Shown piece by piece: positions 15,590 to 23,843 of a DNA stretch of 37,245 nucleotides. How positions within the stretch are numbered: position 1 is the first letter of the stretch; every line of letters begins with the position of its first letter. This stretch comes from a virus (lineage: Duplodnaviria; Caudoviricetes), in the IMG/VR virus record IMGVR_UViG_3300021082_000068, positions 1-37,245 of that record; one strand, written 5' to 3'. The notes beneath the pieces were generated by a model. The model ran no database searches. It was given only the letters and a program-made list of their open reading frames with translations, and was not told the origin of the DNA. Made by a program: the position numbers and the translations under genes.

Positions 15590-16470
15590 GACTCACCTCC
15601 CGACTCCGAGGCGAAGACCTCGTCGGCGATCCTGGCCGCCTCGTCGTCGACCGGAGGATCGGCCGCAGGCTCCGCCGGCGGACGCCACTCCGGGACCTCG
15701 AGGACGGCGCCCTCCATGACATGCGCCCACGCCCTCTGATAGTGCTCGACGGAGGGAGCAGGCCCGAGCGGCGTATTGTCGTTCTCCGCGAGCCAGACGA
15801 CCGCTCCCGCGGCCTTCTGGAAGAGCACGGCCTTCTGCTCCTTGGTCAGCTTCTTCGTATCGGTCTCGCCGTAGAGATGGTAGCCCGCCGCCTTCGTAAA
15901 AAGCTCGGCGAGCTCGGGAGCGCCGGCGCCGCCGTGCTCCTCGTACCACTTCGTGATCTTCGCCCAGGAGGTCGGGACAGGGAAGGGCGCGAGGCCTCCG
16001 TCCTTGCGGACGACCTCCTCCTCCTGCTCGGACAGATCCTCCTTCGCCCAGAGGTCGAGCGCGACGCCGAAGCGCATCGCGGCGTTGCGGAGGGCGTCCG
16101 AGATCGCCTCCTTGATATTGCGGCCGTCTCCGAACCCTGGCCGCGTGACGCCGGCGACCGTTAGCTCGATCCAGAGTCCGACGGTGCCGTCGTAGAGTCC
16201 GGCGTGCGTGGTCAGAGGGAGGCCGTCCTCGTCGGCCGCGAGTGGCTGCCACGTCCAGGAGGGATCGACCTTGAGCAGACGATCCGTCACGGCCGCGTGG
16301 CCGACGTAGTCGAGGTGGACGGCCGGGAGTCCGTGGTATCCGCCACAGACGTCGCAGCGGCCCTTGGGGTTGTCCTTCTTCGTCGGCTTCGGGAGCTTGC
16401 CGATCTGCTCCGCCGGGAACGGCTCGCGGAGCTGCTCCGCCGGCGTCTTGGCCTTGGTCGAGTTAGCCAC
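15586..16470 (-). CDS. Sak/Rad52-like single-strand annealing protein
   Basis: LDYVGHAAVTDRL...W.W...LWIELTVAGVTR...KEAISDALRNAAMRFGVALDLW. Confidence 0.85.
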   Translation of the reverse strand: MANSTKAKTPAEQLREPFPAEQIGKLPKPTKKDNPKGRCDVCGGYHGLPAVHLDYVGHAAVTDRLLKVDPSWTWQPLAADEDGLPLTTHAGLYDGTVGLWIELTVAGVTRPGFGDGRNIKEAISDALRNAAMRFGVALDLWAKEDLSEQEEEVVRKDGGLAPFPVPTSWAKITKWYEEHGGAGAPELAELFTKAAGYHLYGETDTKKLTKEQKAVLFQKAAGAVVWLAENDNTPLGPAPSVEHYQRAWAHVMEGAVLEVPEWRPPAEPAADPPVDDEAARIADEVFASESGGES

Positions 16471-16705
16471 GGTCGACCGCCTCCTCCGCGGCCGCGAGGG
16501 ACTTCCGCGCCCGCTCGAGCGAGGCCTGCGCGTCCTGTAGGCGCCAGCGCGGCTCGGCCTCGGGCGGTAGGGCGTCCGCGAGGATACGCATCTCCTCGCG
16601 GGCGTGAGCCTCCGCCCGCTCTACGAGCTCGCGCAGTTGTCGGATCGCCCGGCCGTGCATCGCGGCGACGTCGGCCAGGATTCGAGCCTCGGGTGTCGTC
16701 TCCAT
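16463..16705 (-). CDS. Hypothetical helical protein
   Basis: Strong AAAGGAG RBS. Confidence 0.7.
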   Translation of the reverse strand: METTPEARILADVAAMHGRAIRQLRELVERAEAHAREEMRILADALPPEAEPRWRLQDAQASLERARKSLAAAEEAVDRG

Positions 16706-16734
16706 CAGGTTCTCCTTTCGTAGTAGGAACAGGC

Positions 16735-16813
16735 GCGGAGCCGGGGCGGGATGAGGGACTCGCCTCCGGCTCCGCTGGCGCAGGAGGGGCTAGGCAGATC
16801 GGCCCCTCCTGCG
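16735..16813. terminator. Tandem GC-rich hairpins (terminator or RNA processing/stability element)
   Basis: GCGGAGCCGG 16735-16744 pairs with 16766-16775; CGCAGGAGGGGC 16779-16790 pairs with 16802-16813; intergenic; no U-tract. Confidence 0.55.
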
Positions 16814-16824
16814 ATCTTGTCGGG

Positions 16825-17106
16825 CTACTCTGCGAGCCTCCCCTCCGGCAGGCGGACGATGTCGATGCCGAGCAGGCGGGCGTTCTTCTCCGCCTCCGCG
16901 AGCGAGACGGCGAGGGCCGTGAAGCCCTCCTGTCCTCCTCCTCCGCGAGCGTCGCAGATACCGCCGGAGGTCCAGTCCGGCGTGCCGTCGTCGTTGAAGT
17001 CGACGGTCTCGATGATCTCTCCGCCCTCCTCGTAGGCAATGGCGGAGGTCGATCCTCCGGACGTGATCAGGAGGACGACGGTCGGGGTAGCGGTGGTCGT
17101 GGTCAT
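16825..17106 (-). CDS. Hypothetical protein (93 aa)
   Basis: GGAG RBS, ATGA overlap. Confidence 0.65.
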   Translation of the reverse strand: MTTTTATPTVVLLITSGGSTSAIAYEEGGEIIETVDFNDDGTPDWTSGGICDARGGGGQEGFTALAVSLAEAEKNARLLGIDIVRLPEGRLAE

Positions 17107-17324
17107 CGGGGTCTCCCATCTCTCGTGGTGTAGATCAGGTGGTCGGCGGTCTCGCCGACAGGTGCGACGCGGTAGACCGAAGCCCATGCTCCGAGGTCGC
17201 GGTCGGAGAGGTCGGCGAGCAGGACGGAGGCCGCGCGGATCGCGGCCTCCTCCGTCTCTGCCTCTGCCTCGTCGATCTCGCGACCGTCGGAGGCGAAGGT
17301 CCGGGCGTAGTAGGGGTTGGTCAT
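17103..17324 (-). CDS. Hypothetical protein
   Basis: GGAGG RBS, ATGA overlaps. Confidence 0.65.
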   Translation of the reverse strand: MTNPYYARTFASDGREIDEAEAETEEAAIRAASVLLADLSDRDLGAWASVYRVAPVGETADHLIYTTRDGRPR

Positions 17325-17977
17325 CGGAAGTCGCCCTCCTCCAGCTCAGAGAAGGCCTTGCGGAGCTCGGCCGACGACCTCTCCTCTCGGGAGACCTGCT
17401 CTCCGATCTCGCCGAGGATCTCCTCGTAGGCCTCCGCGCGGGCGAGGAAGCGCATGGCGACGAGAGGCTCTCGCTTCTCCGCCTGCTCGCGGGCGATCCG
17501 GGCCTTGCGCCGGAGCTTGTAGCCGAGGGTAGCTCCCTCCTCGCCCTTGAGCAGGCCGAGCGTCCGGACGATCCGGACGAGGCCGGGGACGGGGTCGCCG
17601 TCGCCAAGCGTCGCGGAGACGAGAGGCTCGGGGTCGTAGTCGGCGTTGCCGGAGTAGTCGGCCGAGGGGCCGGAGACGGCGTGGTCTCCGTCCTCGTAGC
17701 GGCCGCCCTGCGCCTCCCGCTCGGACGCGTAGTCGTCCCATTCGTGGATCGTGAGGAGCCAATGGTCGTCTACGGAGACGAGCGGCGAGGTCTCCATTCG
17801 GAGCCGCGCGTAGCGCGAGACGTCAGCGCACCTGGAGGTGCCGGACTCCGCCAGCGTCCATGCGAGCGCGATGTAGATGGAGCCGTCCTGCTCGGCCTGT
17901 ACGGCCTCGGACGGTAGTTCGAGGTCGGCGCGGATAGCGTCGACGAGAGCCTGAGAGTCGTTCTGCGGTACGGACAT
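17321..17977 (-). CDS. Hypothetical acidic protein, first gene after the leftward promoter
   Basis: ATG 17977 after a purine-rich GAGAGGGA; GC3-rich codons. Confidence 0.7.
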   Translation of the reverse strand: MSVPQNDSQALVDAIRADLELPSEAVQAEQDGSIYIALAWTLAESGTSRCADVSRYARLRMETSPLVSVDDHWLLTIHEWDDYASEREAQGGRYEDGDHAVSGPSADYSGNADYDPEPLVSATLGDGDPVPGLVRIVRTLGLLKGEEGATLGYKLRRKARIAREQAEKREPLVAMRFLARAEAYEEILGEIGEQVSREERSSAELRKAFSELEEGDFR

Positions 17978-18016
17978 TCTGTCCCTCTCTCTGTAGTGGT
18001 CGATCTGCCGAGGCAA

Positions 18017-18045
18017 ATACTAGCGGTCGCGTCGGCTAGCGTCAA
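18017..18045 (-). promoter_or_regulatory. Sigma70/SigA-type promoter for the leftward early operon
   Basis: Minus strand TTGACG (18045-18040), 17-nt spacer, TAGTAT (18022-18017). Confidence 0.8.
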
Positions 18046-18097
18046 CAGGGAGCAGAGATCCTCCGGAGTCGCTACTCTCCCGACGTCCGAACAACCA

Positions 18098-18173
18098 GGG
18101 CGCGAGCAGGTAGCCGCGTCCGAGGGAGTCGGCTTCTGTCGGCTCTCGCCAGGGCCTCGGCCGCGCCGGGGCC
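18098..18173 (+). promoter_or_regulatory. Structured 5' leader (three hairpins) of the Rpf-like gene
   Basis: Stems 18098-18121, 18124-18147 and 18153-18173 with G-U pairs that work on the plus strand. Confidence 0.45.
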
Positions 18174-18196
18174 GCAACGAGAGAGAGGAGACGCGT

Positions 18197-18694
18197 ATTC
18201 GCGCTCTCATCGCCACCATCGCAGTTGCTCTGATAGTCGCCGCCGGCGCGCTCGGCTCGACGAGATCCCTGCGCCTCGAGGTCTCGTCGCTCCGCTCGGC
18301 CACCTGGACATGGCAAGACGTCATGCAGAGGCCGAGGACGCCGACGAACTACGCCGAGAGGAGGACGAGCTCGCGGCCCTATCTGCGCTGGCTCGTCCGC
18401 GTTTGGGCCGCGCGGTCCCGGACCGCGCAGAGGCGCGCGCTCCGTCCGCCGCACTACTCCGCCTGGCTTTGCCTACATCGCCACGAGGGATCCTGGACGG
18501 ATCCGGGCGCTCCATACTATGGGGGCCTACAGATGGACCTCGCCTTCCAGCGCGCGCACGGACGGAGGCTCCTCGACCGGAAGGGCACCGCCGACAACTG
18601 GACTCCGCTCGAGCAGATGTGGGTGGCGGAGGACGCGCACCGCTCGCGCGGCTTCGGTCCCTGGCCCAACACGCGGAGGTACTGCCGGATCTAG
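18197..18694 (+). CDS. Secreted resuscitation-promoting-factor-like transglycosylase
   Basis: Signal peptide IRALIATIAVALIVAAGALG; WLCLHRHEGSW (catalytic Glu), YYGGLQM, TPLEQMWVAE, GFGPWP; GAGGAG RBS 6 nt before an in-frame ATT. Start codon uncertain. Confidence 0.85.
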   Translation: MRALIATIAVALIVAAGALGSTRSLRLEVSSLRSATWTWQDVMQRPRTPTNYAERRTSSRPYLRWLVRVWAARSRTAQRRALRPPHYSAWLCLHRHEGSWTDPGAPYYGGLQMDLAFQRAHGRRLLDRKGTADNWTPLEQMWVAEDAHRSRGFGPWPNTRRYCRI

Positions 18695-18699
18695 AGATC

Positions 18700-18739
18700 G
18701 AGGGCCCCGGCTCCCGTCCAGCGTGGAGTCGGGGCCCTC
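18700..18739. terminator. Hairpin between convergent genes, likely bidirectional terminator
   Basis: GAGGGCCCCGGCTCC / GGAGTCGGGGCCCTC 15-bp stem with a 10-nt loop. Confidence 0.7.
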
Positions 18740-18773
18740 TGTCGCTCGCGCACCTCGGATGCGCGGAGCGATC

Positions 18774-18980
18774 CTAACCCGGCGAGCCGGGGTCGCTCGG
18801 CCCGACAGGCACGCTCGGATGGAACCAGACGCCGGCGACGATGAGCAGGACGCCGAGAACGGCCTCGATCGCCTTCGACTGGTCGGCCGAGATATTCACG
18901 CCGAACGCGTCGATGAGCGAAAGGAAGACCGCGGCTCCTCCGATCAGAGCCGTGACCGATGCGAGGAATTTGCTTCCCAT
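18774..18980 (-). CDS. Holin-like two-TM protein
   Basis: Two hydrophobic helices separated by AFGVNISADQ; last gene of the late operon; GGAGG RBS. Confidence 0.75.
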   Translation of the reverse strand: MGSKFLASVTALIGGAAVFLSLIDAFGVNISADQSKAIEAVLGVLLIVAGVWFHPSVPVGPSDPGSPG

Positions 18981-18993
18981 TTCTCCCTCCTCC

Positions 18994-19074
18994 CTATCCG
19001 TGGAACTGCACCCAGGCCAGGATCGTCACGACGACGACGAGGCCCACGATGAGCCAGCCCGGTGCGTACTTCAC
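18994..19074 (-). CDS. 26-aa single-TM peptide (MKYAPGWLIVGLVVVVTILAWVQFHG)
   Basis: GTGA overlap; fills the gap before the holin RBS. Confidence 0.55.
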   Translation of the reverse strand: MKYAPGWLIVGLVVVVTILAWVQFHG

Positions 19075-19349
19075 TCGGGAGCGAGCTCGGGGTTGCCAAT
19101 GTCGAGCTGGCCCACCTCCTTGGAGTCGTCGTCGAGGCTCCGGATCTCGAGATCGCAGAGGCCCGAATAGCCGGGCGGGAAGAAGACGACGCCCAGCCCG
19201 TCATTGACAAGGCGCTTCTTGAACTCCATCTCCTCTCCCTTGTCCGGGTTGGCCGCCCAGACCTCGACGAGGTCGCCGTGGACCTCGCTCGCGTGCCATG
19301 AGAAGACGACCGCGCAGTGCTCCGCGGCGGAGATTTCCTCTACTGCCAT
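19071..19349 (-). CDS. Small beta-rich hypothetical protein (92 aa)
   Basis: AGGAGG RBS before ATG 19349; similar to the C-terminal domain of the poly-proline protein. Confidence 0.7.
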   Translation of the reverse strand: MAVEEISAAEHCAVVFSWHASEVHGDLVEVWAANPDKGEEMEFKKRLVNDGLGVVFFPPGYSGLCDLEIRSLDDDSKEVGQLDIGNPELAPE

Positions 19350-19360
19350 AGCTCCTCCTC

Positions 19361-20059
19361 CTATCGTCCGTTGTTGGGTTTGGGTCGCGGGCCGACTCCG
19401 TCCGCCGGAGGCTCGGCCGGCCTCGGCGGGTGGGAGAGCCACGCGACCTTGCCGGCGGAGAGCCCGAGCTCCCCGTCGACCTTCCAGCGCACCTGGGCAT
19501 TGTACGCCGAGGCGAGCGCGCCGTTCTGACTCTTCGTCCCGGCGATCAGGAGATGCCAGTTCGCCCAGCCGACGATCGACGCGTGGATGAAGCGGCCCGT
19601 CGGGAGCCAGGGGCCGACCGGCTCGAGGTCGCCTGCCGAGTTGCGAGCGTGTCGCCAGACCCACCACTCCGGGTGCGTCGCCCATCCGGTCGTGTACGCC
19701 ACCCAGGGGCCCCAGAGGCGCCGTCCGCCGAGCGGGCCTGGCTGGTCGTACATGGCTCGCGCCCATCCGACGTTGGTCGCCGCGACCGGCTCGTAGACCT
19801 CCGGCTCGAGCGAGTCCGTCCAGAGCTTGTCCCGGAAGAGATCGAGCTTGTCGGCGGAGATCGAGATTTGCAGGAGGCCGAGGTCTACGGAGTCGAGCTC
19901 GCCGTCGTCCCCGACATTGGGATGGGTCGCGCCGACGAAGCATTGAGACTCGCCGAGCATCGTCGCCAGGCCCTTATGCCGCTCGTCGACGTTCTGCCAC
20001 TGTTTCGCGATCAGGGCCGCAGCCTCCCGCGGCCGATATCTATGGCCGTCGTAGGGCAT
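19361..20059 (-). CDS. Lysozyme-like/SLT-type transglycosylase
   Basis: ATMLGES (catalytic Glu), DLGLLQI, TNVGWARAMY, WGPWVAY. Confidence 0.78.
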   Translation of the reverse strand: MPYDGHRYRPREAAALIAKQWQNVDERHKGLATMLGESQCFVGATHPNVGDDGELDSVDLGLLQISISADKLDLFRDKLWTDSLEPEVYEPVAATNVGWARAMYDQPGPLGGRRLWGPWVAYTTGWATHPEWWVWRHARNSAGDLEPVGPWLPTGRFIHASIVGWANWHLLIAGTKSQNGALASAYNAQVRWKVDGELGLSAGKVAWLSHPPRPAEPPADGVGPRPKPNNGR

Positions 20060-20491
20060 CTACGGTTGGACGGGCCCTGTCCCGCCCAGACGCTTGCAGA
20101 GGACGGCCCCCGACGAGGCCGAGCGCCACTGGCCGGCCGCCTCGATGACCGCGATGCCCTGCACCATCTTGCCGGTGCCGTCAGCCCGCAGGCAGTACGC
20201 CTCCATGACGTTGTTGAAGCTGACATCACCCGACGTCGTGCCGGACTTCTGCCCGAGGATCGTGATCGCGTTGTAGTCGATGATGTAGAGCGTGTAGTGG
20301 TAGCTATTCCAGACGCCGGCAGGGCCGCAGTTGAACGTCCCTCCTCGGAACGCCGCCCAGCCAATGTGCTGCGAGACGACCGGCGTATTGGCGTACGGCG
20401 TACAGGACGCCGCGGGTAGCTCCGAGCTACCGGCGACGGGCGAGAGCGCGAGCGCCGAGACGATCGCGCAGAGAGCGATGAGATATCTCAT
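20060..20491 (-). CDS. Secreted hypothetical protein
   Basis: Signal peptide MRYLIALCAIVSALALSPVAG; four Cys in the mature part. Confidence 0.7.
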   Translation of the reverse strand: MRYLIALCAIVSALALSPVAGSSELPAASCTPYANTPVVSQHIGWAAFRGGTFNCGPAGVWNSYHYTLYIIDYNAITILGQKSGTTSGDVSFNNVMEAYCLRADGTGKMVQGIAVIEAAGQWRSASSGAVLCKRLGGTGPVQP

Positions 20492-21307
20492 CTAGTCCTC
20501 CTCTGGCTTCAGCGATGGGCGGACGACATAGAGGAAGTCGTCCCGGTAATAGACGGAGGTCGGGATCGGGCCGGCCTCCTGGCCGTGCGAGGAGAAGACG
20601 GACGAGCGCGAGAAGCCCGGCCGCCGACAGAGCGTGACGTGGCCGGGGTAGTGCGCGAGGTCGCCGATCTTCCAAGGCGCCTCGACCCGCGGCCAGTCGT
20701 TTTCGTACCACTCCGTGTTGCCTAGGCCTGTCCCCCACCCCTGCTTGGCGGGGTCGGGGACGAGCAGGCCGGACTTCTGCCGGGCCCACCAGTACGCCTG
20801 CTTGACGTAGAACGAACAGTCGGAGAGGACGTAGTTCGCGGTCGGCTCCACGCTCTCGTCGAGCGGACGGACCATCCCGTAGTGCCAGGGGTCCTCGTTG
20901 GCTTCGGAGAGGAGACAGAAGCGCGCGAGCTCGCGGCGGAAGTCCTCCTCGTCTGGCTCGTTCTGCTCCTCGTAGTCTGCCCGGAGGAGCTTGCAAGCGA
21001 AGGAGTTGAGGGCGGCCTGGCCTTTCTTCGGGCCGCTCGGGATCGTCGCCGCGCGGAGCGCCTTCCACTCCTGCTCCCCGTAGACGCCGTCGCCGGGCAT
21101 CCCTCGAGACCTCTCCCACTTCCGGAAGCCCTTGTCGAGGACTCCGCCGGCGGGCCAGCGATCGGTCAGGCCCTCGGGCCTCTCCTCCATGAAGCCGAGC
21201 CGTACCATGCCGATCTTGATGGCCCGGACGCTCCGCCCCTCGCTCGGATGCTTGGTCGCGTCCGAGGCCCAGGGGCCGGTGTAGGGCGCCTGCTTGGCTG
21301 GGATCAT
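20492..21307 (-). CDS. Endolysin: peptidoglycan-binding domain plus NlpC/P60-like peptidase
   Basis: GMPGDGVYGEQEWKAL (PG-binding motif); DCSFYV, GDLAHYPGHV, SHG catalytic motifs. Confidence 0.8.
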   Translation of the reverse strand: MIPAKQAPYTGPWASDATKHPSEGRSVRAIKIGMVRLGFMEERPEGLTDRWPAGGVLDKGFRKWERSRGMPGDGVYGEQEWKALRAATIPSGPKKGQAALNSFACKLLRADYEEQNEPDEEDFRRELARFCLLSEANEDPWHYGMVRPLDESVEPTANYVLSDCSFYVKQAYWWARQKSGLLVPDPAKQGWGTGLGNTEWYENDWPRVEAPWKIGDLAHYPGHVTLCRRPGFSRSSVFSSHGQEAGPIPTSVYYRDDFLYVVRPSLKPEED

Positions 21308-21633
21308 CCTGCCTCCTTTACGTGGGCCGAGAAGTCGTCGCCGTTCTTCGTGACCCGCTTCTCGAGCCGGTCGATCGCGTCCTGCATGAGGATCACCCGT
21401 GCCTCGAGACGCTCGATGGTCTTCCGCAACGTCCGGTTGTCGGTTTGGAGCGCCGCGACGAGCGCGTTTAGCCCGTCGATCACCTGGGCCACCGAGCCGC
21501 TCTGTACCGTCGCCACCGTAGCCGTAGCCGCCACGGCGTCGGCGCGCATCCCTCGGCGGTAGGCGAGGTATGCGATGGCCGCGGAGGGGAGCGCAACCAG
21601 GAGGCCGACGACGGCAGGCCAGAGATTGCCCAT
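21304..21633 (-). CDS. Membrane-anchored coiled-coil protein (lysis region)
   Basis: N-terminal TM helix then heptad pattern; TGATG overlap. Confidence 0.7.
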   Translation of the reverse strand: MGNLWPAVVGLLVALPSAAIAYLAYRRGMRADAVAATATVATVQSGSVAQVIDGLNALVAALQTDNRTLRKTIERLEARVILMQDAIDRLEKRVTKNGDDFSAHVKEAG

Positions 21634-22079
21634 CAGCTCTTGTTCGTCATGGGGTTGAGGAACGGCTCGAGGATCAGAGGCAACTGGATCACCGCCATGC
21701 CCGCGTAGAGGATCGCTAGCTGGAGACTCCCGACGCCGTCCAGCCACGGCTCGCATGCTCCTACCGCGACGATCAGGATGTAGGCCACGGCCACGGACAT
21801 GCAGCCACGGACGAGCGGCAGGCTGTGGGAGATGAGCAGGGCGAGCGCCTGCGCGAGCGCGATCACAACGAAGCAGACTCCCCATAGCTCGTTCGGCGCG
21901 TGAAAGATGGGATACGTCGGCTGGAGCCAGAGGAAGTTCGCTCCGAGCAGGAGCTCTCCGAGCGCGAGCAGGAGCACCATGCGCCAGAGGTTCAGGTGCG
22001 TCTTGCGGAGGTCGACGCGGCCGCCGTTGAGCAGCTCCGCGACGAGCTCGTTCGATGCTACCTCCGGCGGCTTTGCCAT
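21633..22079 (-). CDS. Four-TM membrane protein (holin-like)
   Basis: Four hydrophobic helices; ATG 22079 after GGAG. Confidence 0.7.
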   Translation of the reverse strand: MAKPPEVASNELVAELLNGGRVDLRKTHLNLWRMVLLLALGELLLGANFLWLQPTYPIFHAPNELWGVCFVVIALAQALALLISHSLPLVRGCMSVAVAYILIVAVGACEPWLDGVGSLQLAILYAGMAVIQLPLILEPFLNPMTNKS

Positions 22080-22080
22080 C

Positions 22081-22308
22081 TCAGACTCCGACCCCATCGA
22101 TCTTCTTACATTTGACCGGGGCCGGCCACTTGTAGCCCCGAGGGAAGTAGCAGCGCCACCAGCCCGGCTGGCCCTGGACGCGGACGATCGCCCAGTTGCC
22201 CTTGCCATGCGGCTTGACCGGACGATGCTTGCCGACCGCGGAGTCCGGCAGAGGAGCGCCGGCCAGGAGCAGGAGCGCGGTCGCCCAGGCGGCGGCGGGG
22301 CCCGTCAT
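22081..22308 (-). CDS. Small exported basic protein
   Basis: Hydrophobic N-terminus, two Cys; ATGA overlap. Confidence 0.55.
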   Translation of the reverse strand: MTGPAAAWATALLLLAGAPLPDSAVGKHRPVKPHGKGNWAIVRVQGQPGWWRCYFPRGYKWPAPVKCKKIDGVGV

Positions 22309-23087
22309 ATCTGGGTCGCCGTCCTCCCGAGCGGCCCCTCGATCTCGATCTCAAACGTCACGACAGGATCGTTCGCGCCGGCGTACGCCGCGGGAGCGGT
22401 CGCGCTCTCGTCGACCGCGGCCATTACGGAGGCGTGGTCCCTCGAGCCTGCCCAGGCCGGATCGGTCGTATCCGTCGTGGCGTTGAGGATCCTCCACTCT
22501 AGGGCCACGGAGATGTCGTCGGCGGCCGCGCCTCCGGCGTTCGTCCCCGTACTCCTGGCCGTATGGCTCGCCGTCGCCGTATAGGCGTCCGTGCTCGGCC
22601 CCTCATGGCCGGTCGCCCGCAGGAAGAGATGCTCTGCTGCGGCGAGCGATCCCAGGGTCAGGGCGCCGGGGTCCGCGCCGGCGTCTACTCGAGCGCCGAC
22701 GGACAGGAGGTCAATGCTGGTCGCCGCCTTGGAGAAGTACTCGTAGGCCCAGGCTCCGGCGACGACGTTCCCGAACGAGAACGTGATGAACTTGCCGGTC
22801 AGGGCGGCTGCGAGCTCGGCCGTCCAGAGCGAGATCGTGACGCCTGCGCCCGCGGCTCCGCCCGCGATCGTATGCTCGCGGCACTTCGCGTAGACGTTGG
22901 CCGCGTCGTCCCAGACGTATTCATGGCTCGCGCTCTCTCCGTCGACGAGCGCGCGGTTGTCCGTCGCCAGGGCGAGGACGAGTAGATCGTTCGCCGCCGC
23001 GGCCGGCGCCGAGATCGTCGCCTGGCCTGTCCCGAGCGCGGCGGAGATGAAGGATCCCTGCGATCCGTTGACGGCCGTCCAGGCCAT
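22305..23087 (-). CDS. Minor tail/structural protein
   Basis: Ala/Thr/Gly-rich beta protein in the tail module. Confidence 0.65.
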   Translation of the reverse strand: MAWTAVNGSQGSFISAALGTGQATISAPAAAANDLLVLALATDNRALVDGESASHEYVWDDAANVYAKCREHTIAGGAAGAGVTISLWTAELAAALTGKFITFSFGNVVAGAWAYEYFSKAATSIDLLSVGARVDAGADPGALTLGSLAAAEHLFLRATGHEGPSTDAYTATASHTARSTGTNAGGAAADDISVALEWRILNATTDTTDPAWAGSRDHASVMAAVDESATAPAAYAGANDPVVTFEIEIEGPLGRTATQI

Positions 23088-23843
23088 TCAGTCGCCGATC
23101 CGGATCTGTAGGAGGAAGCGCACGTAGCGGGCGGCGGGGATGAGGTACAGGATCGGGTGGTCGAGGTATCGCATTCGGAAGGCCGCCGAGCCGCCGGCGA
23201 TCGAGCCGAAGCCGACGACGACGGCGTTGTTCGAGACGGAGAACCAGGTCTGCCCGTCGAAGCTCGTGGAGAAAGACGTCACGATCACGTTCAGATCATT
23301 GGAGCTCGGCCCGAAGGTCTCGCCGTCGGGGACGAAGTCCGTCGCGGTCAGGCGGATACCGATCATGCGGCCGATGTAGTCCTCGCCGAGGTCGAAGGTG
23401 ACGGCCGTCGCGGACCCCTTGACTACGTCCACGGTATTGAGCGGAGGAGGCAGGGCCTCGAGATAGGCGAGCAGATCGAGCGGGGCCGCATCGGAGCTCC
23501 AGCGAATGACCCAGCCCGCGGCGACGTCGAGCGCCTGAGTACCGTACTGCGCGCGCTCGATCGTCCAGACGCCGGCGGCCAGGCCCGTGACGTGGACGAT
23601 CTCCGCCGAGCGGAGGGTCGGGATAACGCCGAGCGGATAGAGCAGGGCGTAGAAGACGCCCTCGCTCGAGGAGGGGTCGGGGAAGAGCGTGTCGTCCGTC
23701 GGCGTCAGGGTCAGGCCGGTATCGGCCGGCGAGGGAGCTACCGCGACCGTGTCCTCCACGATCGTCGGCGTCGCCGGAGGGACGAGGCCGAGGCCGAGGG
23801 CCCGCCGCCACTCGTCGGGGTTGATCCCGACCGGGACGACCAT
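23088..23843 (-). CDS. Minor tail protein
   Basis: AEIVHVTG...WTIERAQYGT motif typical of tail proteins; position in the module. Confidence 0.7.
   Translation of the reverse strand: MVVPVGINPDEWRRALGLGLVPPATPTIVEDTVAVAPSPADTGLTLTPTDDTLFPDPSSSEGVFYALLYPLGVIPTLRSAEIVHVTGLAAGVWTIERAQYGTQALDVAAGWVIRWSSDAAPLDLLAYLEALPPPLNTVDVVKGSATAVTFDLGEDYIGRMIGIRLTATDFVPDGETFGPSSNDLNVIVTSFSTSFDGQTWFSVSNNAVVVGFGSIAGGSAAFRMRYLDHPILYLIPAARYVRFLLQIRIGD

Noticed and set aside
18046-18196. c-di-AMP (ydaO) riboswitch upstream of the Rpf-like gene
   Set aside because: The expected conserved segments (GCUGAAUCC, GGGGUGAAU, CAGCUAAC) are not visible; kept only as an unassigned structured leader.
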